Position numbers and translations under genes: made by a program. A stretch of 64,000 nt of DNA, taken from positions 1-64,000 of IMG/VR virus record IMGVR_UViG_3300020201_000012, one strand, 5' to 3'. This document shows, piece by piece, positions 10,618 through 21,080 of the stretch. Each line of letters begins with the position of its first letter. Position 1 is the stretch's first letter. This DNA comes from a virus. Taxonomy: Duplodnaviria > Heunggongvirae > Uroviricota > Caudoviricetes. A model generated the notes under the pieces. That model ran no database searches. It was not told the DNA's origin and saw only the letters and a program-made list of their open reading frames with translations.

Positions 10618-10943
10618 TGATAGAAGTAAAGAAAACATATAACGGCGACAAAAGCACCTCAGCGTTAAGCGGGCAACTTCGTATTGAAGAGGCAAACAGC
10701 AGAATGGTGTTGCATGACGGGTCTGTGTATAGAATGGAGACAGGTGCCTTCGATGATGGTACATATGGCTTCAAGTTTTCCGACCCTAGCGGTTTTTTAT
10801 TGTTTAAAACCGATGGCGTTACTTGGTTCTGGTACGACAAGACCACACAAAAAAACGTTATGCAAGTCGGCAAGCTACCCGATGGAAGTTACGGAATAGC
10901 AGTAGCTAAACCGGGTAGTGATGTATCTGACGGGGTTTTCTAA
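10617..10943 (+). CDS. Tail/baseplate small protein
   Basis: Contiguous co-oriented ORF in the tail module. Confidence 0.2.
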   Translation: MIEVKKTYNGDKSTSALSGQLRIEEANSRMVLHDGSVYRMETGAFDDGTYGFKFSDPSGFLLFKTDGVTWFWYDKTTQKNVMQVGKLPDGSYGIAVAKPGSDVSDGVF

Positions 10944-11422
10944 TGGGCGTAGATGTAGCAAGCCTTCAATTTTATAGTGGGCACCCCATAGATAAAATAG
11001 TAGCTACTGGTACACAGACTATCGTTAATGATGGTAATACGACAAATACCGGTACTGGTGATGGCGACGACCGATCTAGAATAACAACCACTACTATTGC
11101 AAACCCTTATGGGAAAGAATGTCTTGTTCGTTTCGTATGGTCAATTGACGGAACAAATTTTAATGCCGCAGAGGCTCACCTAACATTTACATACAAGATA
11201 ACACTTACAAATATTCCGGTTACTTCACCCCCAATTCGTGGCTTAAGGGCAGCTGCGTCTATAGGGGTAGATGCTACTAATATTACATTTTTGACGGGTA
11301 ACGGCTTTCACGGCAACGTTTCTAGGCTTTCATCTGATGCAGGTAATGTTGGCTATACTCCAACCTCTCAAACGTTTACTCTTAAATATGCATTATATGA
11401 AATTTTACCGTATGGAGATTGA
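10943..11422 (+). CDS. Tail fiber-associated protein
   Basis: G/T/N-rich beta protein; synteny. Confidence 0.2.
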   Translation: MGVDVASLQFYSGHPIDKIVATGTQTIVNDGNTTNTGTGDGDDRSRITTTTIANPYGKECLVRFVWSIDGTNFNAAEAHLTFTYKITLTNIPVTSPPIRGLRAAASIGVDATNITFLTGNGFHGNVSRLSSDAGNVGYTPTSQTFTLKYALYEILPYGD

Positions 11423-11797
11423 ATGACTGTAATATTACCTGAACTTAATTTTTATTCTGGTGTCAATTATATGAAACGAGATATATCTAGTGGAAGCTCT
11501 ATTATGACTTTGGGCGCTCTTAATGCTGTTACTACTATAACAATCAACCATAATCTCGGTTATATACCCTTTTTTCAAGTCTCTTGTGACCAAGATGGTA
11601 CTAATATAATTTGGTCGGCTACTAAAATAAACAGATTAACAGAAAGTTCTTCAGCCGCAACTCGCCCTGACCCGTTCTTAAGAAGCTGGGCAACCACCAC
11701 TACACTAGTTATTACTTTAACCAATGCTACTAGCCCACTTGCGACGGGTGGCAGAAGAGTTTACTATTTAATTTATAGAGATTATGGGGTAAACTAA
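11423..11797 (+). CDS. Tail fiber-associated protein
   Basis: Synteny. Confidence 0.2.
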   Translation: MTVILPELNFYSGVNYMKRDISSGSSIMTLGALNAVTTITINHNLGYIPFFQVSCDQDGTNIIWSATKINRLTESSSAATRPDPFLRSWATTTTLVITLTNATSPLATGGRRVYYLIYRDYGVN

Positions 11798-12213
11798 TGG
11801 GTGTAGATTTATCACAACTAATTGAAAATACTCAATATAACGCATTTAAGAATAATGCTATCTATACTGGCGTTCTAACCATGGCAGGGTCTACTGGTGA
11901 GGGGGCAAATGTAAGAACCTTTACCGTTGGGTTAGACTCGATACCTGATATGGTAGATATTGTTTTTAATGGCCCAACAAATGTTAATGATAGTAGGCCC
12001 GCTAATGGCTGGTTTAAACAGGGCCGTGTTTGGGTAGCAGGTACTGACATACCTGCCGGTTACAATAATCACCCTACAGACTGGATTATATATGGTGCTA
12101 TCACCGGTACTACTCTTACTATTACCGCTACATTTTCACAAACTTTTATTGCTACTCTGGCCTTAACTAATACTGGTTTTTCATATCGTGTGATTGATTA
12201 TTCCGCGTTCTAA
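11797..12213 (+). CDS. Tail fiber-associated protein
   Basis: Synteny. Confidence 0.2.
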   Translation: MGVDLSQLIENTQYNAFKNNAIYTGVLTMAGSTGEGANVRTFTVGLDSIPDMVDIVFNGPTNVNDSRPANGWFKQGRVWVAGTDIPAGYNNHPTDWIIYGAITGTTLTITATFSQTFIATLALTNTGFSYRVIDYSAF

Positions 12214-12346
12214 AAAACCCATATCTGTTATAATAAGAGAAGTAAATACACAAAGCAATACACAGAACTCAACAAGAAAAGAAAGACAAAAAAATGAAGA
12301 CTCATCAAGAATCAAATAATAGAAGAATCGTATACGGGGTGTCGTC

Positions 12347-13810
12347 TTGAATCTTCCTAACCCTGGCATGGACTCGGTGCCCTTTACGCCATTAACTGCT
12401 GAGTTTGTAGATAAAATAATCGCCAACATAGAATTCCTCGGTAATGTTTTTGGAGATGGTAACACTGGCTGGGTAGGTGGGGTTCTTCCAGCTCAATCAG
12501 GAACAATCATAAACAACGGCAACAGAAGTTATGATGTACCCTTTGCTACTACTGTAGCCGGTATATTAACCCCTGGTATGAGGGTGAGAATACCTCGAAC
12601 TGTACCAGCTCCGACACAATGTACTTCTCTTAACGGTACTACTCAGTTCTTTAATGACACATCAGTTAATGGTATGACGTTTACTGATGACTTTACTGTT
12701 AGTGCTTGGGTGAAATTAAGTAGTTACGAAAACCAAACTATCATAGGTAGAACAACAACACTTGGAACTAATGGTTTCGCCCTAAGAGTATTAACTACTG
12801 GTCAACTTGCTATAAACGCAGGTAATAATGCTACGATTTCTCATCAATCACTACCGTTAAACAAATGGGTTCATGTTGCTATAAGTGTAGACTTATCTGG
12901 TAGTAGTTTCACTTTGTATATTGACGGCATAAATTCGCCAAAATTAGACAGCTTTGCTTCAGCATCATTTACACAATCAGGGAACTTAACCGTAGGGGCA
13001 TATGGTGCTGGGCTTGAACCATTTCCAGGCAAAATAGCTCAAGCAGCCGTATTCTCATCTGTTCTATCAGCCGCAACTATTCGCTCATACATGAGTCAAG
13101 GTCTAATTGGTACAGAACCAACGTTAGTTTCCGCCTACTCATTTAACGGTGTAATAACTGACCTTAACACCACAAACGCTAACAACCTAACAGCCCAAGC
13201 TGCCGCGGTAGCTACTAACGCTGATTCACCATTTGCCCTAGATGCTAACGGAGTACCAGGTGGAACTAATGAGTTTGGAATAGTTACTAGAGTAGTTACA
13301 ACAACCGCCACAATCCAAGTACCAGAAGGCTGTGCTATCCCTACAAGTGGTGGAGTTGGAAGTATTGGTTATTCAACACAGGGTAGCCCTTTTGGTATGC
13401 CTAGTGTCGATAGCGTTTTTGGTTATGCAGAGTTGCTCTCAAGCTCATCAACCGCAAGTAGTTCATTCACGGACTTACTCGGTGCAACCGCAACGGTCTA
13501 TGTTCCTACGGGTAAGCAGGTCAGAGTCAGTGCCTTCATAGGCAACCTATCTTCATCTGTTGCTAACTCTGGTGGTTATATTTCAGTCTTCGACTCAACT
13601 GCTAGCGTTCAGCTCGCACAAGCCGCAGGGGCTACTAACGCTTCGGGCGACGTTACGACACTTTTAGTCTCTAAAATCCACAAACCAGTAGCACCAGGTC
13701 TTCGAACCTACAAAGCACAGTGGCGAAGGGCTACTAATGCTGCAACAGTAACCACTAATGCCTCATTAGCTGCCCCTGCTTATTTACAGGTAGAAATCCT
13801 TGACCTATAA
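12347..13810 (+). CDS. Receptor-binding / tail fiber protein with concanavalin A-like (LamG) lectin domain
   Basis: The segment FTVSAWVKL…GFALRV…WVHVAISVD…FTLYIDG is typical of LamG/ConA-like jelly-roll domains; S/T/A-rich C-terminus. The start is an alternative TTG (an ATG lies 21 nt downstream). Confidence 0.45.
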   Translation: MNLPNPGMDSVPFTPLTAEFVDKIIANIEFLGNVFGDGNTGWVGGVLPAQSGTIINNGNRSYDVPFATTVAGILTPGMRVRIPRTVPAPTQCTSLNGTTQFFNDTSVNGMTFTDDFTVSAWVKLSSYENQTIIGRTTTLGTNGFALRVLTTGQLAINAGNNATISHQSLPLNKWVHVAISVDLSGSSFTLYIDGINSPKLDSFASASFTQSGNLTVGAYGAGLEPFPGKIAQAAVFSSVLSAATIRSYMSQGLIGTEPTLVSAYSFNGVITDLNTTNANNLTAQAAAVATNADSPFALDANGVPGGTNEFGIVTRVVTTTATIQVPEGCAIPTSGGVGSIGYSTQGSPFGMPSVDSVFGYAELLSSSSTASSSFTDLLGATATVYVPTGKQVRVSAFIGNLSSSVANSGGYISVFDSTASVQLAQAAGATNASGDVTTLLVSKIHKPVAPGLRTYKAQWRRATNAATVTTNASLAAPAYLQVEILDL

Positions 13811-13883
13811 TGAAAACAGCCGTATTACTCTCATCAATAACCCTACCGGAACTAAAAAAAATATCTACCGAGAATAATAAACT

Positions 13884-14261
13884 ATGTCAGTAATAAACCC
13901 GATCATAACGATAAACGGCATACCGCTTACTACCAGCCAGGTATCTGACTACACCTTAACCTATAACAAACTGTGGAAGAATGCTGATCGTGATATGAAT
14001 GGTGATATTTCAGCAGTTTTAATAGGTGTGTATCCAAACATAAGCGTTACTACTACTATGTTGAATTTTAACGATGCAGAAGCGTTGTCGGCCGCGATAA
14101 ATGATGATTATTTTTCTGTTACTTTCTGGGACACACAAACAAGTGGGCAACAAACAGCTCAATATTATGCAGCAGACCACGATGTTAAGTTTGTTAACGA
14201 ATGCAAATACGGTCAGGTTACCGTGCAGTTGGTAGCTGTCAGTAAATCGGCTCACATATAG
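13884..14261 (+). CDS. Hypothetical protein
   Basis: ORF only. Confidence 0.2.
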   Translation: MSVINPIITINGIPLTTSQVSDYTLTYNKLWKNADRDMNGDISAVLIGVYPNISVTTTMLNFNDAEALSAAINDDYFSVTFWDTQTSGQQTAQYYAADHDVKFVNECKYGQVTVQLVAVSKSAHI

Positions 14262-14337
14262 AGTATTAAAGCTGCGACACTTTAAAATGATATAATAGTA
14301 ATAGAGATAAAAATAAAAAGAAAATAATATTTTAATA

Positions 14338-14595
14338 ATGAATGATGCACAAAACCTTATAAGAGACATCGAGAAAGAGCTTACCATCATAAAGGTAAAG
14401 CTGGCCGATCTCAATGGCGAAATAGATAATCTAAAATCAAAAGCGCACGACCTAGAAAAAACAATAGACATGATAACAGCAAATAAAGTAGATATGAAAG
14501 AGTTCAGCCCTGTACAAAGGGTTGTTTACGGTATCGTAAGCCTTATTGTTACTGCTGTTATATTAGGAATGTTAGGTTTGGTATTAGCTAAATGA
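14338..14595 (+). CDS. Membrane protein with coiled-coil N-terminus and C-terminal TM helix (lysis-associated?)
   Basis: C-terminal VVYGIVSLIVTAVILGMLGLVLA; lies adjacent to the endolysin cassette. Confidence 0.3.
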   Translation: MNDAQNLIRDIEKELTIIKVKLADLNGEIDNLKSKAHDLEKTIDMITANKVDMKEFSPVQRVVYGIVSLIVTAVILGMLGLVLAK

Positions 14596-15062
14596 ACAAA
14601 ACAAGACACGCCATAGCATATATAGTAATGTGGGTAGCGTTAGCGTTTGCATTTGTAATGCTAACCGTATCTGCATGGTGGCTTCTATCACCGTATAAAG
14701 TACTAGAAATTGGCCAACCACCTCAAATACTAAATAAGGGTGGAATAATTACCCCCGGCGATACTATTGAATTAAAGATTGATTACAAGAAGAGCAAACC
14801 TCTTCCATCGAGTGTCTCTCCCTCAATTTCTTGTGAGAGTGGCAACCTAGTTCAGTTTAATAGTTTTGAGAGTAATCTACCTGTCGGGCAGGGCACGACC
14901 CTAGATACTGATTTTATTCTACCCCCAAAGTTCAAAGATGGAGACAATTGTCAAGTAATTTTTACCCAGACATACAAAGTCAACCCAATCCGAGAAATAA
15001 GTTACACCATCTATAGTGAATTCTTCATTATAGGAAAAGAAACTACCCAAGAGAAATTATAG
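14592..15062 (+). CDS. Membrane-anchored protein (N-terminal TM)
   Basis: N-terminal hydrophobic helix AIAYIVMWVALAFAFVML; overlapping start. Confidence 0.25.
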   Translation: MNKTRHAIAYIVMWVALAFAFVMLTVSAWWLLSPYKVLEIGQPPQILNKGGIITPGDTIELKIDYKKSKPLPSSVSPSISCESGNLVQFNSFESNLPVGQGTTLDTDFILPPKFKDGDNCQVIFTQTYKVNPIREISYTIYSEFFIIGKETTQEKL

Positions 15063-15079
15063 AAAGCAGAAACATTAGT

Positions 15080-16321
15080 ATGGATAATTATTACCAAATA
15101 GAAGTAAAACTTACTAGTAAAAATGGTTGGTTCACCCCAGATGAAGCTAGAAGACATTATGGTAAATATGATCGTAGCGGTATTACTGTACACTGGTGGG
15201 GTGATGGCTCCGGCGCCGATAACCATGATAACACAGTAAACTACCTAAACCGTCAAGGTTTGAGGGGTCTTGCCCCTACGACTAACTATGTACTCAGTGA
15301 TAATAAAATTACGCTCTGTGTAGACCCGGAAAACGTAGCTTGGACGTCTTCTAATGGTAACGCCACAACCATCGGTATTGAAGCACAGCCGACACTTTTA
15401 GCTGAAGGTTATAAGAAATTTGGCTGGCTAGTGGTAATGCTTGAAAAACGTATAGGTAGAAGTTTACAGCTGTACCCTCATAATTTTTGGACACCAACAC
15501 AATGCCCTGGAACTCTCTCTTTGGATATTATTAAACAAGAAGCTGACAAGTGGCGAAGGGGCGTATATACGCCGGTCACACCACCACCAGTAGTCACACC
15601 CCCCGTGACATCAGCTGAATTATACTGGACACCTCTTCCTGGTGGGCCAGCTGAATATATCTGCAACAAACAGCCAACTAATATGTGGAATTTTAACCAA
15701 ACCTCATGGGGTGGTTTTACAAAACCTGTTAAACAATTCAACAGAGGGGATAAGGTAACTATTTTCGGGCAAGTGTTTAACAGCACCCTAAAAGCCAACT
15801 ACCTACTAACGGAATTCAGCTATGGTAAAAAAATACCTAATGGCTTCAATATAGTAGATATGTCGCTTCCTATACAGCCCACCCCGATACCGGTACCAAT
15901 ACCAGCACCGGCGCCAGTTGTAGCTGAGTGGATAAAGAATTTACGCGATATTGATGACACTAAAATGTGGATAACTAAGTCGCAGGCTCTGATAGACATC
16001 AAGACCGGTGAACCAGCGACCATACCAGCACCGAGAATATTCGCAAAAGACGAAGAGTTTATAGCCAGTGCGTTAACAATTGTTGGCAATAAAGAATACC
16101 GTATAACAGATTACAGCTTTAAGAAGGGCGTATTTAACGGTGTGCCTACTACAAGCTTAACCCTAACGGCTCCTGGCGTACCAAATATACCACCGGCACC
16201 AGAAGTACCCCCAGCACCAAAGCCAATCGATGAAGAAACTAGAAACCTCTTACAGTCAATCTTAGCGGGCCTTACTGCCATCGGAAAACTAATAGCAGAC
16301 TTTCTGTCGAGGAGAAAATAA
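15080..16321 (+). CDS. Endolysin: N-acetylmuramoyl-L-alanine amidase (Amidase_2/PGRP) with Pro-rich linkers and a C-terminal cell-wall-binding region
   Basis: N-terminal …HWWGDG…NYVLSDNKITLCVDPENVAWTS…IGIE… resembles the Amidase_2 family. PxPxP linkers separate the C-terminal domains. Confidence 0.7.
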   Translation: MDNYYQIEVKLTSKNGWFTPDEARRHYGKYDRSGITVHWWGDGSGADNHDNTVNYLNRQGLRGLAPTTNYVLSDNKITLCVDPENVAWTSSNGNATTIGIEAQPTLLAEGYKKFGWLVVMLEKRIGRSLQLYPHNFWTPTQCPGTLSLDIIKQEADKWRRGVYTPVTPPPVVTPPVTSAELYWTPLPGGPAEYICNKQPTNMWNFNQTSWGGFTKPVKQFNRGDKVTIFGQVFNSTLKANYLLTEFSYGKKIPNGFNIVDMSLPIQPTPIPVPIPAPAPVVAEWIKNLRDIDDTKMWITKSQALIDIKTGEPATIPAPRIFAKDEEFIASALTIVGNKEYRITDYSFKKGVFNGVPTTSLTLTAPGVPNIPPAPEVPPAPKPIDEETRNLLQSILAGLTAIGKLIADFLSRRK

Positions 16322-16403
16322 TGTTCAATAAATTAAGAAGTAAGCTAGGCAGCATGATATTTGACCTAGCAGCTTGGGTAAGCCCCAACAAGAAAGGTAA
16401 AAA

Positions 16404-16475
16404 ATGACAGTCGAACGAGTAATCGTAATCGGAATTTTAGTAGTAGTATTTTTAATCGTGCTAGGAGCACTTTAA
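16404..16475 (+). CDS. Tiny single-TM peptide (23 aa)
   Basis: MTVERVIVIGILVVVFLIVLGAL; RBS aaaggtaaaaa; sits between the endolysin and the holin. Confidence 0.2.
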   Translation: MTVERVIVIGILVVVFLIVLGAL

Positions 16476-16484
16476 GGTAATAAA

Positions 16485-16781
16485 ATGGAATATTTCGCAC
16501 AAGTAACAGCACTTGCAGCATTAGCTGTAGTAGCCGTTCAGCAAATTTTAAAGTTAAACGTAATACCTCTGTACTTTGCAAACAAGTACCCAGTTATCAC
16601 TAACGTCGTATTGAGCATTATCGCTTCAGTAGTAGTTACGTGGCAAACAGCAGTGAGTCTTCTGGGCGTATCCGCTTGGCTGGCATACGTAGGTACCGTT
16701 TCTGTTCTAGCGGCAATCGTGTATAACATGACGTTTAAGAACTCGGATGTCATACAAGACATTTCTAGCGACACAGAATAG
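16485..16781 (+). CDS. Holin-like membrane protein
   Basis: 98 aa with 2-3 predicted TM helices and a charged C-terminus, adjacent to the endolysin. Confidence 0.4.
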   Translation: MEYFAQVTALAALAVVAVQQILKLNVIPLYFANKYPVITNVVLSIIASVVVTWQTAVSLLGVSAWLAYVGTVSVLAAIVYNMTFKNSDVIQDISSDTE

Positions 16782-16911
16782 TGGCCCCCTGACACACACA
16801 GGACGCGCGTGAGGGGCTTTAGGGCCCCTTACGATACCTAAGCTCATAACTGAAAGACTGACGCTCAGACGGGCTTAGAATAGCTCTAAACTTTAGGTAA
16901 GCCTAAACATG

Positions 16912-16940
16912 AGAAGGACCTTGCGGTTCTTCTTTTTTTG
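16912..16940 (+). terminator. Rho-independent terminator after the lysis cassette
   Basis: gaaggacc-ttgc-ggttcttc hairpin followed by a T8 run. Confidence 0.55.
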
Positions 16941-16942
16941 TC

Positions 16943-16970
16943 TTGCTATTTTACTCAAGTCTGCTATAAT
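16943..16970 (+). promoter_or_regulatory. Sigma70-like promoter (TTGCTA-16-TATAAT) for nrdH-nrdJ
   Basis: Sequence match only. Confidence 0.4.
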
Positions 16971-17048
16971 TAGAAGACAATATTAATACTATTTATCATA
17001 GCTACCTCAAGCTGGGGTGTTATATATTTATACTCAAAAAGGGGACTT

Positions 17049-17270
17049 ATGATCACTGTTTTCACTACTAAAACCTGCGCTTACTGCAAGATGGTAAAAC
17101 AATATTTAACAATGAGAGGTAAGGAATTTCAAGTAGTGGACCTTGAAGATGAGCCCGAGAAAAGACAAGAACTTTTTGATAAAACCGGTTTCATGACAGT
17201 GCCCATTACTCAGATTGACAACGAGTATATAGTCGGCTGGAACCGTAATAAGTTTGCGGAGGTACTTTAA
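17049..17270 (+). CDS. nrdH: NrdH-like glutaredoxin/redoxin
   Basis: 73 aa with a CAYC redox motif (TKTCAYCKMVK) and the glutaredoxin fold pattern; immediately upstream of the RNR. Confidence 0.65.
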   Translation: MITVFTTKTCAYCKMVKQYLTMRGKEFQVVDLEDEPEKRQELFDKTGFMTVPITQIDNEYIVGWNRNKFAEVL

Positions 17271-20162
17271 ATGAGCGACAAAGAATTAATATCTGAAAGT
17301 TCAAAGTATTTTCAGTCTTCATATCAAGAGATGATTTTTTATCAATTCTATTCCCGTTGGCAACCAGAAATAGGTCGTCGCGAAACATGGGTAGAAGCAA
17401 TAGACCGCTATATGGCTTACATGAAAGTCAAGCTCAACGATAAGCTAACAGAGACCGAATACAGTGAACTTCGCGAAGCTCTACTAAATCAGGAAATCTG
17501 CCCCTCAATGCGTCTTTTATGGTCAGCGGGTAAAGCTTGTGACGCGACTAATGTAACGGCATATAATTGTTTGACTGAAGAGACACCGGTACTCACAAAA
17601 GAACACGGCCTAATAATGCTAAAAGAGGCATACCAACACGGTGAGCTCAACCTCTTAGGTCACGACGGAGAGTGGCACAAGTCTGCTATAAACTATTTCG
17701 GGGAACAAGATGTAGTAGATGTTTTACTCACTAAGGGTAGAAGAAGAAAAATAATATCGGCGACGCTAGATCATAAATGGCTTATTGACAGCAAATTTAA
17801 AACTACAAAAGACCTAATAATCTCTACTAAAAAACAAACTGGCGACAAAATAATACCAGTTTTTGCACCCAAGCCACCTACAGACAATGAAGATTATCGT
17901 TTAGGTATTATGCACGGTATAATTTACGGAGACGGGACAACTACCTATTTCAACGAAAAGAAATTGGGCCATGTGATACGTCTGTGCAAAGATAGTAACG
18001 AATTACTAACCTTGTTTGATGGCTACAAAAGCTCCCAACCGCCCTCATACGGAGGCGATAATGTAGTATACCTTTACGATGAGTGGGCTAAAAACACGGA
18101 CTTAAAAGAGCCCCCTCAAAACGCTTCAAAATCTTACCTACTTGGGTTCATACGTGGCTGGTTTGCGGCAGACGGAACTGTTGGCAAGAATGGGCAGGCA
18201 TCTCTTGCAACACCAGTAGAAGGTCTAGAGTGGTTGCAAAAATACTCCGGGACTGTAGGGCTTCCAACAGGCGGTGTCGATAAGTATTCGGATGAAACAA
18301 ATTACGGACTCAGAAAACAAGACTTATTTAGGGTATACTTTTTTGATTCTGTGCTGTCAAAAGACGACATGTTGCTTTTCGCAAAAAAAGAAAGAGTCAA
18401 AGCAAAAAATAGTGCCTCTAGATATAGCCAGTGGACTGTATCTGACGTATCTAACAAAAGAAAAGAGCCCGTGTATTGTGCAACAGTTCCTGAAACTTCA
18501 ACTTTTGTACTCGATGAGGGTATAGTAACCGGAAACTGTGCTTATGTTGCCCCTATAAACTGGAAAGACCTATCAGAAATAATGTATGTCTCTATGTGCG
18601 GTGCCGGTTGTGGTTTCTCTGTAGAAAAAGAAAACGTATCACAGTTTCCCGTAATTAAAGAACAAACAGGCGAAAAGATAGAAGATATTCTAGTAGACGA
18701 TAGCCGTGATGGTTGGTGTGAAGCCTTTTACCTAGCTTGTGAAGCATGGACTAGTGGTAAAGACGTAGACATAGATTACTCGATGATACGTCCAGCAGGG
18801 GCTCGTCTTGAGACCATGGGCGGTCGTGCTTCTGGCCCCGACCCATTAATTGACCTAATGAAGTTTACCCGTGACAAGATGTTTAATGCTCAGGGTCGTC
18901 GACTTACCCCACTGGAATTACACGACATTATCTGCCAGATCGGTTTGATTGTTGTTGCTGGTGGTGTTCGTCGTTCTGCTCTTATCTCTTTATCCGAGCT
19001 CAAAGACGCAGACATGCGTGACTCAAAAAGCGGTGCTTTCTGGGAAAACAATGGTCAGCGTTCTATGGCTAACAACTCAGCTGTCTATGAATCAAAACCA
19101 TCTGCTGCCGACTTTCTAGAAGAATGGACTGCACTCGTTAAATCAGGTACCGGCGAGCGCGGTATATTTAACAGGGGTGAACTAGTCAATCAAGTACCAG
19201 ATCGTCGTTGGCAAAAAATAAAAGACCAAAAACAAGTCGGTGTAAATCCTTGTGGAGAAATATATTTGCGTTCTAAGCAATTTTGTAATCTTACATCAAT
19301 TGTTGTTCGACCTAAAGACACAATGAAAGACCTAAACCGCAAGATGCGTCTTGCTACGCTACTTGGTACATACCAAGCTACCCTTACTGATTTTGCCTAC
19401 TTAGGTGACGACTGGAAGACCAACTGTAGAGAAGAACAGCTTCTTGGTGTTTCTATCACCGGATACTTCGACAACGAAATTATTCGTAACGACGAGAACC
19501 TTGATGAGCTACGCGAAGAAAGTATCAAGACAAACGAAAAGTATGCAGAGCGTTTTGGTAGTAACCCATCTACTGCAATTACTTGCGTTAAGCCGCACGG
19601 CAACTCAGGGCAGCTTCTAGCTGTTGGTTCGGGTATGCACCCTTGGTTTTCTAAGTACTACATTCGTCGCGTTCGTATCAGCGTTAATGATCCACTTTTA
19701 GCAATGGTTAAAGACCAAGGCATACCGGTTCTACCAGAAGTCGGCTACTCTACTTCTACTGCATCGACTATGGTTATGGAATTTCCTATAAAGGCTCCTG
19801 AAGGTGCTCTGACCAATAAAGACGTAACTGCCATTGAAATGATGACAGAGTGGAAGCGCCTAAAAGAAAGGTTCACTGAACACAACCCTTCGGTAACTAT
19901 TTACGCTAGTGATGACGAGTGGTTAGATATTGCTAACTTTGTTTATAGTAATTGGGATAAAGTTGGCGGTCTGTCGTTTCTACCTAGAAGTGAACACGTT
20001 TACCAGCTTGCACCGTATGAAGAGATAACTGAAGAAGAGTATAACACGCGCAAAGCAGCCTTCACAGATATTGACTTCTCTAAATTGTCTGAATACGAAA
20101 AAAGTGATAACACGCAGGGTGCTAAAGAATTAGCTTGTTCAGGCGGAAACTGCGAAGTTTAA
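17271..20162 (+). CDS. nrdJ: Class II (adenosylcobalamin-type) ribonucleotide reductase NrdJ, interrupted by an intein
   Basis: Extein regions carry RNR-like motifs. A 323-aa insertion has intein hallmarks. The protein is 963 aa in total. Confidence 0.7.
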   Translation: MSDKELISESSKYFQSSYQEMIFYQFYSRWQPEIGRRETWVEAIDRYMAYMKVKLNDKLTETEYSELREALLNQEICPSMRLLWSAGKACDATNVTAYNCLTEETPVLTKEHGLIMLKEAYQHGELNLLGHDGEWHKSAINYFGEQDVVDVLLTKGRRRKIISATLDHKWLIDSKFKTTKDLIISTKKQTGDKIIPVFAPKPPTDNEDYRLGIMHGIIYGDGTTTYFNEKKLGHVIRLCKDSNELLTLFDGYKSSQPPSYGGDNVVYLYDEWAKNTDLKEPPQNASKSYLLGFIRGWFAADGTVGKNGQASLATPVEGLEWLQKYSGTVGLPTGGVDKYSDETNYGLRKQDLFRVYFFDSVLSKDDMLLFAKKERVKAKNSASRYSQWTVSDVSNKRKEPVYCATVPETSTFVLDEGIVTGNCAYVAPINWKDLSEIMYVSMCGAGCGFSVEKENVSQFPVIKEQTGEKIEDILVDDSRDGWCEAFYLACEAWTSGKDVDIDYSMIRPAGARLETMGGRASGPDPLIDLMKFTRDKMFNAQGRRLTPLELHDIICQIGLIVVAGGVRRSALISLSELKDADMRDSKSGAFWENNGQRSMANNSAVYESKPSAADFLEEWTALVKSGTGERGIFNRGELVNQVPDRRWQKIKDQKQVGVNPCGEIYLRSKQFCNLTSIVVRPKDTMKDLNRKMRLATLLGTYQATLTDFAYLGDDWKTNCREEQLLGVSITGYFDNEIIRNDENLDELREESIKTNEKYAERFGSNPSTAITCVKPHGNSGQLLAVGSGMHPWFSKYYIRRVRISVNDPLLAMVKDQGIPVLPEVGYSTSTASTMVMEFPIKAPEGALTNKDVTAIEMMTEWKRLKERFTEHNPSVTIYASDDEWLDIANFVYSNWDKVGGLSFLPRSEHVYQLAPYEEITEEEYNTRKAAFTDIDFSKLSEYEKSDNTQGAKELACSGGNCEV
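17568..18536 (+). mobile_element. Intein with LAGLIDADG homing endonuclease domain inside nrdJ
   Basis: Starts with Cys (CLTEETPVL…). Two LAGLIDADG-type motifs (RLGIMHGIIYGDGT and LLGFIRGWFAADGT). Ends …VTGN followed by a Cys +1 extein residue. Confidence 0.65.
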
Positions 20163-20169
20163 AAAAGTC

Positions 20170-20197
20170 TTGACAAATAAAAAAACTTCTATATAAT
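20170..20197 (+). promoter_or_regulatory. Consensus sigma70 promoter (TTGACA-16-TATAAT)
   Basis: Perfect -35 and -10 hexamers with 16-nt spacing. Confidence 0.5.
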
Positions 20198-20390
20198 TAG
20201 TAGTGTGATAGAAGGCTTACCCTCAGCCTACAAATATCGTAAACAGAAAGGGCTTCCGTGGTGAGGCCCTTTTTGGTATAATATAAGTAGGGCTAGTACA
20301 AACAAAAACAGCCGATAAGCAGAGGATACACAAGGTAAAAAGCTCTGCGAGGAACGTCCAACCTTAATAATTAGAAGTTTCGCCGGATCA

Positions 20391-20816
20391 ATGGAGATAA
20401 GAATGAAGAAGAACGAAGAAAAAGCAACAATACTCGAAAAAAATAAATTGATCTGGAAATTAGCAGAAAGACCGTCTGGGCACGTTATTGCTGAACTCGT
20501 AGCAAATGGTGTCATAGACGTAGATGAAGCTAGGGATATTCTCTTTAGAGAAGAAGCCAAGCAGTCGGACGAAGTAGAAGCACTCAAAGAAATGGTTAAG
20601 ACCCTTCAAGGAATGGTAGCATCTTTACTGGCTCGGCGTGATGATAGGCATTATGTACCCTACACAAGAATAATCGAAGTACCGGCGCCATCAAGACCAT
20701 ATTGGACTCAATATTGGGATAGCGCCAGAATGACGAGTGGGGCAACGAGTAGCTCGTTAGGAACTGTAACCACAGCTGGCACTGACGGTAGCGCCGTTTA
20801 CAAGCTATCGATATAA
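20391..20816 (+). CDS. Hypothetical protein
   Basis: ORF only. Confidence 0.25.
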   Translation: MEIRMKKNEEKATILEKNKLIWKLAERPSGHVIAELVANGVIDVDEARDILFREEAKQSDEVEALKEMVKTLQGMVASLLARRDDRHYVPYTRIIEVPAPSRPYWTQYWDSARMTSGATSSSLGTVTTAGTDGSAVYKLSI

Positions 20817-20843
20817 AAATAAATTAATTACTCCGGCGACACA

Positions 20844-21080
20844 CTAATTATCAAAATGAATAACAGGGGGACTTGCGTGAAAACGTGGGTCTTTTTTTAT
20901 ATATTTTGGGTTGGTTATTATCCCGCTCATAGGTTCATTCCCTGACCATCTGTCTACGCGCTTACTACAAACAGCACAATCATACCTATATTTATAACCA
21001 CTAGCATATTCAATATCTAACATGTTGCCTTTTTCCCAGTAATGAAGACACCAAAAACGACGCCATAAACGCTTAAGCAT
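20844..21080 (-). CDS. Hypothetical small protein (Cys/His-containing)
   Basis: ORF only. Confidence 0.25.
   Translation of the reverse strand: MLKRLWRRFWCLHYWEKGNMLDIEYASGYKYRYDCAVCSKRVDRWSGNEPMSGIITNPKYIKKDPRFHASPPVIHFDN

Noticed and set aside
18274-18525. Plus-strand 83-aa ORF inside the nrdJ intein
   Set aside because: It is an alternative frame of the intein coding region, with no RBS or motif.
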